Part shown: positions 16,907 to 26,019 of the stretch, piece after piece
How the letters are laid out: each line of letters begins with the position of its first letter
Position numbering within the stretch: the stretch's first letter is position 1
Virus record (IMG/VR): IMGVR_UViG_3300044698_000273
Span: 1 to 40,904 of that record
Length of the DNA: 40,904 bases
DNA from: a virus
Taxonomy: Duplodnaviria; Caudoviricetes
Strand: one strand, 5' to 3'
Notes under the pieces: model-generated
The model's input: only the letters and a program-made list of their open reading frames with translations
Told to the model about the DNA's origin: nothing
Databases searched by the model: none
Translations under genes and position numbers: made by a program

Positions 16907-18415
16907 GTGACCGCGCCGATCCTCTTTGACCATCGCGGCCAGCCGGTTTCTTCCAGCTTCATGGTCGGCGACTACGAAGGGGCCTCCAACTCCCGCCGCC
17001 TCTCCGCTTGGGGCCTCGGCGTGTCCGGGCCCACCGCCTCGCTCTCTCACTCGCTCACCTCCCTGCGTTCCCGCTGCCGTAAACTGTCGATGAACGAGCC
17101 CCAGATCGACGGCGGACTCGACACCCTGGCCGCCAACCTGGTCGGCACCGGCATCACTCCGCGCTGGCAACTGGAAGACAGCGGCCTCAAGGCCGAGATC
17201 CAGGCCCTCTGGGCTGATTGGGTCAAGGAAGCGGACGCCGACGGAGTCACCGACTTTTACGGCCTCCAGTCGCTGGTTGCCCGCTCGATGATCGAGTCCG
17301 GCGAGGTTTTGTCCCGCGATATCTATCGCCGCCAGGAAGAAGATCTGGTGGTCCCGGTTCAGATCCAGGTGCTGGAGGCGGACCACCTGGACGAAACCTA
17401 CAACACCATCAACCAGGAAACCGGCAACGAGATCCGCTTCGGTATCGAGTTCGACGGCTCCGGGCGGCGAGCCGCCTACCACCTCTACAAAGAGCACCCG
17501 GCTGAAAATTTCCTCCTCGCCAACCCCACCATTCGGCACCGGATCGGGGCCGATGAAGTCAGGCACGTTTACCGCCCGCTGCGCCCCGGCCAGAAACGCG
17601 GCCGCCCCTGGCTTGCCGCCGCCATCTTGGTAATGCACGAGATGGCCAAGTACGACGACGCCGAACTGGTCCGCAAGACCGCTGCCGCCATGTTCGGCGG
17701 CTTTATCACCGAGACTACCCCTGGGCCGAACCCTCCTGGGCAAGGTGCTTTTGGCCAGCCGAGCATGACAGACGGCAAGGGCCGCGAGATCATCCCCCTG
17801 GAGCCGGGCACCTTCCCCCTGCTTCCTCCGGGCATGGATGTCAAATTTTCCGCCCCTGCCGATGTGGGCGGCAACTACGAGGCCTTCACCAAGCGCCAGG
17901 AGCACCGGGTCGCCAAGGGCTTCGGCGGCCTCACCTACGAGAAATTCACCGGCGATCTCGCCGATGCTTCCTATTCCTCCATACGAGGCGGCAATCTCGA
18001 AGCGCAGCGGGTTTGGAAGATGGTGATCTACAACGTCCTGGTGCATCAGTTCTGCCAGCCCTCCACCGCCGTGTTTCTCCGGCAGGCGGTGTTGACCGGA
18101 AAAATCAAGATCAAGGATTTTCTCGCCAATCACCGCAAATACCTCCGAATCAAATGGTGTATCGACGGGTGGCCCTGGGTGGATCCGGTTAAGGACCAGG
18201 TCGCCGAGCGGATGGCTATTCGCGGCGGCCTCAAATCCCGCGCTGAATCGGTGGCCGAACGCGGCCGTGACGTGGAAGAAGTGGATGAGGAGATCAGGGC
18301 CGACAACGAACGGGTTGACCGCCTCGCCCTGGTGCTGGATACCGATCCGCGCAGCACCGCCAACAACGGCAGTGCCGTGAGCCGCAAAACAAACGATGGA
18401 GAGTCCGATGCCTGA
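16907..18415 (+). CDS. Portal protein, lambda family
   Basis: GTG start; LRSRCRKL, VGTGI, DFYGLQ, ESGE, GIEFD, RPGQKRGRPW, GDLADASYSSIR, WPWVDPVKD. Confidence 0.95.
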   Translation: MTAPILFDHRGQPVSSSFMVGDYEGASNSRRLSAWGLGVSGPTASLSHSLTSLRSRCRKLSMNEPQIDGGLDTLAANLVGTGITPRWQLEDSGLKAEIQALWADWVKEADADGVTDFYGLQSLVARSMIESGEVLSRDIYRRQEEDLVVPVQIQVLEADHLDETYNTINQETGNEIRFGIEFDGSGRRAAYHLYKEHPAENFLLANPTIRHRIGADEVRHVYRPLRPGQKRGRPWLAAAILVMHEMAKYDDAELVRKTAAAMFGGFITETTPGPNPPGQGAFGQPSMTDGKGREIIPLEPGTFPLLPPGMDVKFSAPADVGGNYEAFTKRQEHRVAKGFGGLTYEKFTGDLADASYSSIRGGNLEAQRVWKMVIYNVLVHQFCQPSTAVFLRQAVLTGKIKIKDFLANHRKYLRIKWCIDGWPWVDPVKDQVAERMAIRGGLKSRAESVAERGRDVEEVDEEIRADNERVDRLALVLDTDPRSTANNGSAVSRKTNDGESDA

Positions 18416-19736
18416 TCACACCCTGGCCCACCTGTCCGGTCGCCTGTTCAACACGCCGCTCTACATCACCCCCGGCAAACTGGAGGAGATCATGGGCGTG
18501 GTCTTGCCTCGGATGCTCGGGCAGGCCCCGCTCCGGCAGGCCTCGGACGCTGCCCCCCAAGTCAAGGCGGCACAAGCCGACCTCCCGCTGATCCAGACCG
18601 CAAGCGGTCAGCGGATTGAGGTCATCCGGGTATTCGGCACCCTGGTCCACCGCTCCGGCTGGATGGATGCCGAGTCCGGCCTGACCTCCTACGACACCAT
18701 CCGCCGGCAGTTCCGCGCCGCCCGCGATTCCGCCGAGGTGGCCGGGATCCTGTTTCACCTGGACAGCAATGGCGGCGAGGGTGCGGGCCTGTTTCCCCTG
18801 GTGGATGAGATCTACGACGCCAGGGGGATCAAACCGATCCACGCCTTTGTCGATGAGCGGGCCTATTCCGCCGGGTATGCCCTGGCCTCGGCCTGTTCGG
18901 TCATCCACTTGGCCGCCACCGGCGGAACGGGCTCCATTGGGGTCATCGCCCAGCACATGGACCAGTCGGAGTGGAACAAGAAGACCGGCCTGGCCTTCAC
19001 CCCGGTTTTCGCCGGGGCGCGGAAAAACGACTTTTCCCCCCATCAGCCGCTCAGCGCCGAGGCCCTGAAAGTGTTGAACGAGATCGTCCAGGACGGTTAC
19101 ACCCTGTTCACCACCACCGTGGCTCGCAACCGCACCATGAGCATCAACGCCGTCCGGGACACCGAGGCGGGTCTATATATGGGAGACAAGGCGATTGCCG
19201 CCGGACTCGCCGATGGAATCAAAACCTGGGACCAGGCTGTTGAAGCGATCAGCAGCGCGTCCCGCCAAAACAGCCAGAACGGAGGTACCCGCATGTCAAA
19301 AGCAACACTCACCCAGAAGTTGACCGCCCTTTTCACCGGAGCCGCGCCGGAAACCGTGGCCGAGGCGGTGGCCGATCTCGCCGCCCAAACGGCCGCGCCC
19401 GGCACCCAGTCCGCCGGCGCCGTTCCCGCCGAACCCCAGGCGGCAGCCGTTGCCCCGGAGGCCATGGCCGCCGCCCGCAAAGCCGGAGCCGACGAGCTGC
19501 AGGCCAAGGTCGGCGAGATCATCACCCTTTGTGAGCTGGGCGGCAAAACCGAGATGCTCTCCACCCTGCTCAAGTCCGGCAAGTCGGTGGATGAGTGCCG
19601 CACCGAAATCGTCAACGCCAAGGCCGCCGCCTCCGCCGAACAGCCCACCACCTCCACGGTTGGAGCCGGGGCCGGGGATGGCATCAACTACCTGGTAAAG
19701 GATGCCGAGGCCCGGGCCGCGGCGGGGAAAAAATAG
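18408..19736 (+). CDS. Prohead protease S49 (gpC-like) with C-terminal scaffold region
   Basis: DSNGGE, AYSAGYALAS, TGSIGV, AGARKND, GLADGI; Ala-rich C-terminal part with internal GGAGG RBS before MSKATL (Nu3-like). Confidence 0.92.
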   Translation: MPDHTLAHLSGRLFNTPLYITPGKLEEIMGVVLPRMLGQAPLRQASDAAPQVKAAQADLPLIQTASGQRIEVIRVFGTLVHRSGWMDAESGLTSYDTIRRQFRAARDSAEVAGILFHLDSNGGEGAGLFPLVDEIYDARGIKPIHAFVDERAYSAGYALASACSVIHLAATGGTGSIGVIAQHMDQSEWNKKTGLAFTPVFAGARKNDFSPHQPLSAEALKVLNEIVQDGYTLFTTTVARNRTMSINAVRDTEAGLYMGDKAIAAGLADGIKTWDQAVEAISSASRQNSQNGGTRMSKATLTQKLTALFTGAAPETVAEAVADLAAQTAAPGTQSAGAVPAEPQAAAVAPEAMAAARKAGADELQAKVGEIITLCELGGKTEMLSTLLKSGKSVDECRTEIVNAKAAASAEQPTTSTVGAGAGDGINYLVKDAEARAAAGKK

Positions 19737-19748
19737 GCCGCGGGAAAA

Positions 19749-19783
19749 ACCTTCCGCCTTCAGCCTTCAACCTTCAGCCTTAA
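19749..19783. repeat. Heptamer tandem array (RCCTTCA)x5
   Basis: ACCTTCC GCCTTCA GCCTTCA ACCTTCA GCCTTAA. Confidence 0.85.
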
Positions 19784-19801
19784 AAAAACGAGGATACGAA
19801 C

Positions 19802-20761
19802 ATGCCTGTAATCAGCGAACTGAACAATCTCTCCGACGTCCTGAAATGGGAGCAGGAAAAACGCTACTCCCGTGAGGCCCTCACCATCGCCATGCTCACC
19901 GTTTTGGCCCTGGGCGAGGTCATCGGCCGCAAGCTCCTGGATATCCCCACCACCGGCACCGCCGATGCGGGCAATACCGGCGATGGCACCATGACCGGTG
20001 TTGCCGGCGGCAGCCAGACCCAGCTTGGCGACTATACCCTTACCTGCATCGAGGGCGGCGGCTCCGGGGCCATCACCACCCCGGCCACCGGCACCGCCGA
20101 CGGCGGCAATGCCGGAGCCAACACCATGGGCGGTGTTTCCGCCGGTGCGGCCGTTAAGGCCGGAACCTATACCATCACCTGCACCGACGCCACCAATGCC
20201 GGGGCCGAGGTTTTCCAGGTCACGGATCCGGACGGGCTGTTGCTGGCCCCCGCTACCGTCGCGGTGGCCTATGTCAATGCCCAGATCCTCTTTACCATCG
20301 CCGATCCGGGCGCGGATGCCCAGGTGGGCGACTCGTTCACCGTCCTGGCCTCGGCTGCGGACGGAAACTCCGGACTCTTCGCGATCGCGGCCCCGGACGG
20401 CACCGCCCTGCCCAACGCCACCGTGGGCGTGGCCTACGCCAATGCCCAGCTCAACGGCACCATCAACGACGGAGCCACCGATTTCGCGGTTGGCGACATC
20501 TTCACCGTCGCGGTGGCTAAAGGCGATGGCACGGCCGTGGCCCTTGATCTGACCGCGGTGGACGGCACCCAGATCGCCGCCGGTTTCGTCATTGCCGCCT
20601 ACGACGCCACAGCCGCCGCAGTGGCAGGCGTGGCCGTTGTCCGCGATGCGGTGATCGACGCCGATAACCTGGTCTGGCCCGCCGGCATCACAGCCGACCA
20701 GACCGCCGCCGCCCTGGATCAGCTCGCCGCCAGAGGCATCGTTACCAGCGAGGCGGCTTAA
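19802..20761 (+). CDS. Head decoration protein (gpD-like) with duplicated inserted domain
   Basis: DVLKWE..RYSREALT at the N-terminus; DGTQIAAG and LVWPAGIT..QTAAALDQLAARGI at the C-terminus; position between protease and capsid. Confidence 0.85.
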   Translation: MPVISELNNLSDVLKWEQEKRYSREALTIAMLTVLALGEVIGRKLLDIPTTGTADAGNTGDGTMTGVAGGSQTQLGDYTLTCIEGGGSGAITTPATGTADGGNAGANTMGGVSAGAAVKAGTYTITCTDATNAGAEVFQVTDPDGLLLAPATVAVAYVNAQILFTIADPGADAQVGDSFTVLASAADGNSGLFAIAAPDGTALPNATVGVAYANAQLNGTINDGATDFAVGDIFTVAVAKGDGTAVALDLTAVDGTQIAAGFVIAAYDATAAAVAGVAVVRDAVIDADNLVWPAGITADQTAAALDQLAARGIVTSEAA

Positions 20762-20771
20762 AGCAGTGAAT

Positions 20772-20835
20772 AGACCGAAGGCCGAAGACTGAGGAAAAAA
20801 ACCTTCAGCCTTCAGCCTTCCACCTTCAGCCTTCA
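20772..20835. repeat. Inverted heptamer tandem arrays
   Basis: AGACCGA AGGCCGA AGACTGA, then an A-tract, then ACCTTCA GCCTTCA GCCTTCC ACCTTCA GCCTTCA. Confidence 0.85.
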
Positions 20836-20855
20836 AAAAAAAGAGGACCACGACC

Positions 20856-21878
20856 ATGCCTGTAATCAACCCGTTTCTTGATAACGATGCCTTCAACATG
20901 ATCAGCCTGACCAAGGCGATCAACATCCTGCCCAACAACTACGGCCGGTTGCGCGAACTCAACCTGTTCCCCGGCCGGGGCGTCACCACCCGCACCATCA
21001 TGGTCGAGGAGCAGAACGGCGTCCTCAACCTGCTCTCCACCTTGCCGGTAGGCTCCCCCGGCCAGCAGGGCAAGCAGGGCAAGCGCAAGGTGCGCTCCTT
21101 CGTCATCCCCCACATCCCGCACGACGACGTGATCATGCCGGAAGAGTTCCAGGGCGTCCGCGCCTTCGGCAGCGAAAACCAGATGCAGAGCCTGGCGCAG
21201 ATGATCAACACCAAGCAGCAGAACATGCGCAACAAGCACGCCATCACTCTGGAGCATCTGCGCATGGGCGCTCTCAAGGGCAAGATCCTCGATGCCGACG
21301 GCTCCACCCTCTACAACCTCTACACCGAGTTCGGCATCACCCCCAAGGTCATCGATTTTGAGCTGGATGACGATACCACCGATGTGGCGGCAAAATGCCG
21401 CGAGGTGCACCGGCACGTGGAAGACAATCTCCTGGGCGAGGTTTCCGCCGGACTCCATTTCCTGGTGAGCGAACAGTTTTTCGACTACCTCATCGGCCAT
21501 CCCAACGTGGAAAAATTCTGGCTCAACCACCAGCAGGCCCTGCAGCTGGCAGGCACCGGCGGCGACCCCCGCAAAGGCTTTACCTTCGGCGGCATTCTCT
21601 GGGAGGAGTATCGGGGCAAGGCCACCGATGGCAGCGGCAACGTGCGCAAGTTTATTGCCGATGAACATGGCCATGGCTTCCCCGTCGGCACCATGAGCAC
21701 CTTTGAAACCCTGTTCGCGCCGGCGGATTTCAACGAAACGGTCAACACCATCGGCATGGAGATCTACTCCAAGATGGAGCCCCGGAAGATGGGCCGCGGC
21801 ATGGACCTGCACAGCCAGTCCAACCCGCTGCCCATGTGCAACCGGCCGGGCCTGCTGGTGGAAGTCAAGGCCAAGTAA
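20856..21878 (+). CDS. Major capsid protein (lambda gpE family)
   Basis: FNMISLTKAINILP, IPHIPHDD, TLEHLRMGALKG, FTFGGILWEEY, APADFNETVNT, QSNPLPMCNRP. Confidence 0.93.
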   Translation: MPVINPFLDNDAFNMISLTKAINILPNNYGRLRELNLFPGRGVTTRTIMVEEQNGVLNLLSTLPVGSPGQQGKQGKRKVRSFVIPHIPHDDVIMPEEFQGVRAFGSENQMQSLAQMINTKQQNMRNKHAITLEHLRMGALKGKILDADGSTLYNLYTEFGITPKVIDFELDDDTTDVAAKCREVHRHVEDNLLGEVSAGLHFLVSEQFFDYLIGHPNVEKFWLNHQQALQLAGTGGDPRKGFTFGGILWEEYRGKATDGSGNVRKFIADEHGHGFPVGTMSTFETLFAPADFNETVNTIGMEIYSKMEPRKMGRGMDLHSQSNPLPMCNRPGLLVEVKAK

Positions 21879-21881
21879 GCC

Positions 21882-22187
21882 ATGAGCTTTGCCGATGATC
21901 TGCGGGAGGCGGCGGACGACCTGTTTGAGATGGCGGGTGAGTCCGCCGTCTGGAATGGTCAACCACTCACGGTGGTGGAGGGTAAGGAATCCGAAACCAC
22001 CCTCGGCTCCCCGGGCGCGGTAATCCCGACCATGATCATTCAGGTCCGGGAAGCCGAACTCGGCGCCAGGCCAAAGGCTGGGGCGGTGGTGGTGTACCGG
22101 GGTAAAACCTGGTCCGCCACCCCGTTTCCCACCGCTTCGGCAGGAATCTGGACGGTGGGGCTCAATCAGGGAATCATCAGCTTGTAG
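21882..22187 (+). CDS. Putative head closure / head-tail joining protein (FII-like)
   Basis: Size, position after capsid, beta-rich RPKAGAVVVYRGKTW. Confidence 0.6.
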   Translation: MSFADDLREAADDLFEMAGESAVWNGQPLTVVEGKESETTLGSPGAVIPTMIIQVREAELGARPKAGAVVVYRGKTWSATPFPTASAGIWTVGLNQGIISL

Positions 22188-22198
22188 GGAGGGGCCGG

Positions 22199-22837
22199 AT
22201 GCCGATCATCGTCACGTTTGATGAATATTCAGTAGCAGAAGCAAAACACGCCCTGGACGGCATTAAAGAGGGCCTCATCACTAAGGCCACCGTTCGAGCC
22301 CTTAACAAGACATGTGACGGGGTTCGCACCGATCTGGTTGCCCTGATCAGGAAAGATTACAACCATAAAGCCGAGGCGATCAGGAAGCGGATATGGATCG
22401 ACCGGGCCTCCGCCGCCAAGCCTTCCTGCCAGGTAGTGTCAAGAGGGAGGTCTATCCACCTGACCGACATAGCCACCACCGCCGAAACCACCAAAGGGGT
22501 GACGGTCAATGTCAAGAAAAATACAGGCCGCCGCCTCCTTCGCAGTGCCTTTGTTGCTGCCTCGAAGGTCAGCGGAAAACGCATGGTCTTCTGGCGGGTG
22601 CGGGCAGACGATTCTGAAAAAGGGCATACCGTTGTCGTCGGAAAATCAAAAGGGACCAGTGGAAGCAGAGTCCGGCTTGTAGGGCAGTATCCGATCAAAT
22701 CTCTTTACGCCCCGCATCCTGAGATAATCTACAACACCGACGAAAACTGGCCAACGATTCAGAATCAGGCCCAAGCCCGGCTCGACAAAAACTTCGCTCA
22801 CGAAGTGACCGCTCTCCTTAAGGGCTACGCGAAATGA
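22199..22837 (+). CDS. Putative tail completion protein (gpZ-like)
   Basis: RALNKT...RT, basic composition, SAFVA, YPIKSLYAP; GGAGG RBS. Confidence 0.7.
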   Translation: MPIIVTFDEYSVAEAKHALDGIKEGLITKATVRALNKTCDGVRTDLVALIRKDYNHKAEAIRKRIWIDRASAAKPSCQVVSRGRSIHLTDIATTAETTKGVTVNVKKNTGRRLLRSAFVAASKVSGKRMVFWRVRADDSEKGHTVVVGKSKGTSGSRVRLVGQYPIKSLYAPHPEIIYNTDENWPTIQNQAQARLDKNFAHEVTALLKGYAK

Positions 22838-23307
22838 GCAAGACCATCCGCCAGCAGATCATCGAGGCCTTTGCCGCCCATCTTGCCGCCACGAGTTGGC
22901 AAAGCGCCCCGTTCGCGGCGGTGTACGTCGGTCGCCTTGTTTTCGACCCCGACACCGACCCGCTGCCGCTGATCACCATCCTGCCCCGGCCGGACGCAAC
23001 CGAGGCCACCCTATACGGCACGGACAGCAACACCATGCCGCTGGATGTCACCGCCCTGCTCCGGTTGGAAGCGCCGGACGGCGTGGCCCTTACCGCCACC
23101 GAGATGGGTGAGCCGGTCAAGGGCGAGTTGCAAGCGACTGCCTTTGCCATCCCCACCGCGCTGGCCGACATGGTGGAGCGGATCGAATACCGGGGCGGCG
23201 GGGTTGACGATTATCCCGACACCCTCGGACAAAGCACCTTCACCGTCAGCCTGTCGTTGGCGGTGGTGTACGAAACCAAAAAAGGCGACCCCTACAGCCA
23301 ACCCTGA
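22834..23307 (+). CDS. Putative tail terminator (gpU-like)
   Basis: TIRQQII N-terminus, acidic, YET..GDPY C-terminus; directly before the major tail gene. Confidence 0.65.
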   Translation: MSKTIRQQIIEAFAAHLAATSWQSAPFAAVYVGRLVFDPDTDPLPLITILPRPDATEATLYGTDSNTMPLDVTALLRLEAPDGVALTATEMGEPVKGELQATAFAIPTALADMVERIEYRGGGVDDYPDTLGQSTFTVSLSLAVVYETKKGDPYSQP

Positions 23308-23322
23308 ACAAGGAGAATCACC

Positions 23323-24309
23323 ATGGGTAAAACCAACAGCGCGGACCAGGCCCTGGTCCAGTACGAATCCGGCCAGACCTTGGTCCCGACCCAGGCAATG
23401 ACCGACTCCGGCGACCACCTGACCTTTTCCATCACGGCCAAACCCTGGTCCGGCAAGGCAGGCAAGGAGCCGGTGATCCGCCCCGACGGCCTGGCCACCG
23501 GCGGCGCCGTCAGCCCCAAGGTCGGCAACGACGACATGGTAACGGTGGCCGCCCTCACCTGCTATCTGGCCGGAGTTTCCACCGCGGTTGCTTCGGGGGA
23601 TTTGACCGCCGTCCGCGCCCTGACCACCGACACCCACAATATCACCAGCCTCACCGTAACCAGCGCGGGCGCCCTGGCCGCCGTCTCCGGTCTGGACTCC
23701 ACGTCCTTCTCCGAGGTGCGCGGCGCTGCAGGCGGACCGCCCCTGATCCCGGTCGGCTCCATCGAGATCGGGCAGGTTCGGCTCAGCTCGACCGCAGCGG
23801 CAGATGTCGCCGCCGCCGAGATCTTCCAGGTGCCGGGCAGCCATCAGGAGCGCTACGACTTTCCGATCTGGGATGAGGATTCCGGCCAGGGCCAGGTGAC
23901 CTTCGCCGCCGCCCTGCCTTTGATCCATACCGGCACTGTGGCCAAGGCGGTCAGCGCCGAGGTCTATACCCCGATCTTCGCCACCATCGACCCGACCTCC
24001 GATTTCGTCCCGCCGGAGACCAGCCACAGCCAAAGCTCCCAGCAGGTCTACGGCGGGACCATCGGCTCCAGCTCCAGCTCCCTGAGCCAAGGCAGCTTCA
24101 CCGCCTATCTCAAGGACGGCGTCACCGACCAGATCGTTAAAATTAAAAATGAAACCCTCTGGTTCCGCATGTATCCGCACCGGCTCAAAGCCCCGTACAT
24201 CCTCTGTCAGGGCAAGCTCGGCATCGGCCGGACATTCCCGGCCGGTAATGCCATGCGGGCGGCCTGCACCATCTCCGCGGACTCGCCAGCCATCGATATG
24301 GAAGCGTAG
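23323..24309 (+). CDS. Putative major tail tube protein
   Basis: AAGGAG RBS; Ser/Thr/Ala-rich beta protein between terminator and chaperone. Confidence 0.65.
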   Translation: MGKTNSADQALVQYESGQTLVPTQAMTDSGDHLTFSITAKPWSGKAGKEPVIRPDGLATGGAVSPKVGNDDMVTVAALTCYLAGVSTAVASGDLTAVRALTTDTHNITSLTVTSAGALAAVSGLDSTSFSEVRGAAGGPPLIPVGSIEIGQVRLSSTAAADVAAAEIFQVPGSHQERYDFPIWDEDSGQGQVTFAAALPLIHTGTVAKAVSAEVYTPIFATIDPTSDFVPPETSHSQSSQQVYGGTIGSSSSSLSQGSFTAYLKDGVTDQIVKIKNETLWFRMYPHRLKAPYILCQGKLGIGRTFPAGNAMRAACTISADSPAIDMEA

Positions 24310-24318
24310 GACACCTCG

Positions 24319-24363
24319 GCGATAAGCTGCCGGCCGCCCGCTGACAGCTTATCGCTTACCGCC
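24319..24363. repeat. Hairpin with heptamer periodicity
   Basis: GCGATAAGCTG 24319-24329 pairs with CAGCTTATCGC 24345-24355; GCTGACA GCTTATC GCTTACC period-7 run. Confidence 0.6.
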
Positions 24364-24386
24364 AAAGCGCACCTGGAGCACAACCC

Positions 24387-24824
24387 ATGCCATTCGATAT
24401 GGAAAAATTCAACGCTGCCAAGTTTATCCCGCGCACCGATAAGGTCCCGGTCCCGGCCCTGGCCAAATTCTTTCCGAAAGGCGAGAAACCGGTCATCACC
24501 ATCCGGGGCCTCACCGGCGAGGAGTTTGCCAGGGTCCGCGAGGCTCAGGAAAAAAACCGCAACATCGTCGCGGTGCTCGAAGCCCTGGCCGGATCCGGCG
24601 CGGACGAAAAGGTCCAGGCCCTCCGGGAAACCCTCGGCCTGGATTCGGACCACGTTCCGGACGATCTGGCCCGCCGGGTCGAGCAGCTTTCCGTGGGCAG
24701 CGTGGATCCGGTTCTGGATGTCCAGGCTGCGGCCAAGATTTTCCGGGTCTGGCCGGTGGTTGGGTTTGATCTCACCAACCGGATCACGATGCTGTCCGGA
24801 CAGGGGATGCTGCCGGGGGAGTAG
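24387..24824 (+). CDS. Tail assembly chaperone (gpG-like)
   Basis: Follows the tail tube gene; ITIRGLTGEE; ends CCG GGG GAG TAG. Confidence 0.75.
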   Translation: MPFDMEKFNAAKFIPRTDKVPVPALAKFFPKGEKPVITIRGLTGEEFARVREAQEKNRNIVAVLEALAGSGADEKVQALRETLGLDSDHVPDDLARRVEQLSVGSVDPVLDVQAAAKIFRVWPVVGFDLTNRITMLSGQGMLPGE

Positions 24825-25006
24825 ATCGCCTCTGGGGTGATCCGGAGGTCCGGACTGCCCTCCACCTCGGCCACGCCAGGGGCAAGATGTTGTACGAGCT
24901 GCGGCCTGATCTGTTTCCCCAGGGGTATCTGATCCCGGCGGAGACAGAGCTATGGTCGAGGTTTTTTTGCCGAGATCAAGCGCAAGTAACGGGACCGGAA
25001 AAATGA
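24815..25006 (+). CDS. -1 frameshift extension (gpGT-like) of the tail chaperone
   Basis: Slippery G GGG GAG 24815-24821; the -1 frame is open (GVDRLWGDPEV...YELRPDLFPQGYL..ETELW...) to TGA 25004-25006, which overlaps the next ATG. Confidence 0.75.
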   Translation, partial: GGVDRLWGDPEVRTALHLGHARGKMLYELRPDLFPQGYLIPAETELWSRFFCRDQAQVTGPEK

Positions 25007-25395
25007 ATGATCGGGTTGACCCAGCATATCTACAACTCTTCTGGTCGGTTCTGGTGGCCGCTGTTGTGGCCCTTTTAGCCATCGGGAGTTTCCGGGCCAA
25101 GGTGGCGACGAAGGCGGATCTGGAAAGCTCGGAAGATAACCAGGAGGCTCTCCTGCGAAAAAGCCTGTACCGGGAGGACGGCACCACCGTCTATACCCCG
25201 CGCGTGGAGTGCGAAAAAAGCCAAACATCTTGCGCCAACCGGGTCTGCGGCAAGCTGGACGAGATGCGGGCCGACAACCAACGGCGGCATGAAGAGGATC
25301 TGGCGACACAACGCATCCACCTGCAGGCTCATAGTGAGATCGCGGAGTTTGTCGGGTCGGTCAAGCAGTTCATGCAACAACGCAAGGAGGGCTGA
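25003..25395 (+). CDS. Membrane protein of the lysis region (single TM plus coiled coil; holin/antiholin-like)
   Basis: YLQLFWSVLVAAVVALLAIG hydrophobic helix followed by a charged region with a C-x6-C-x3-C segment. Confidence 0.6.
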   Translation: MNDRVDPAYLQLFWSVLVAAVVALLAIGSFRAKVATKADLESSEDNQEALLRKSLYREDGTTVYTPRVECEKSQTSCANRVCGKLDEMRADNQRRHEEDLATQRIHLQAHSEIAEFVGSVKQFMQQRKEG

Positions 25396-25399
25396 AACC

Positions 25400-25597
25400 G
25401 TGACCCGCCTTTCTATCTGCCGAAATCGTTGCGACAGCTGCGGGGATTGCGATGTGTGGGTTCCGGGGCTGACTGAGTATATCGCCAGTGGGCGGACGCT
25501 GATTTCAAAAGACAAGCTCAGGGTGGACGCCGCCGCGATCCAGCGGGCGATTGACTGCTGTCCGTTGAGCGCCTTGAGACTGGAGCCGGTGACATGA
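25400..25597 (+). CDS. Ferredoxin-like small protein
   Basis: AAGGAGG RBS then GTG; CDSCGDC ... AIDCCPLSAL matches the monocluster ferredoxin pattern CxxCxxC...CP. Confidence 0.6.
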   Translation: MTRLSICRNRCDSCGDCDVWVPGLTEYIASGRTLISKDKLRVDAAAIQRAIDCCPLSALRLEPVT

Positions 25598-26019
25598 ATG
25601 TCCTGCTGACCAGATATGAGACCTCCGACCAGGGCACCTTCGGTCTGCTCGTGGCGGAATCCGGGTTTTCCTGCGGGGTGTTGGAGCTGCCCTGGCGTGA
25701 CAACCGGGCGTCCGTATCCTGTGTCCCTCTCGGGGAATACCGGGCGGTGATCCGGCAGTCTCCCAAGTTCGGCAAGGTTTTTCATTTGACCAACGTGCAG
25801 GGCCGGAGCTTCATCCTGATGCACCAGGGCAACCTGGCCGGGGACACGAGCAAGGGCTGGAAAACCCACTCGCACGGCTGCCTGCTGCTCGGCAAATACC
25901 GGGGCAAGCTGACCGGCCAATCTGCGATGCTGGCCTCCCTGCCGACCTTGCGGGCCTTCATGCGGGAGACCGCCGACCAGCCGTTTAATCTCAAAATCGT
26001 GAGGGCAAAAAATGCTTGA
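25594..26019 (+). CDS. DUF5675-family putative endolysin
   Basis: GTFGLL, LELPWRDN...SCVPLGEY, SPKFG, RSFILMHQGN, SHGCLLLG. Confidence 0.85.
   Translation: MNVLLTRYETSDQGTFGLLVAESGFSCGVLELPWRDNRASVSCVPLGEYRAVIRQSPKFGKVFHLTNVQGRSFILMHQGNLAGDTSKGWKTHSHGCLLLGKYRGKLTGQSAMLASLPTLRAFMRETADQPFNLKIVRAKNA

Noticed and set aside
24961-24989. T7 homopolymer as a sequencing frameshift in the gpGT extension
   Set aside because: With seven Ts the frame ends at TGA 25004-25006 overlapping the next ATG, a natural coupling, so no error needs to be assumed
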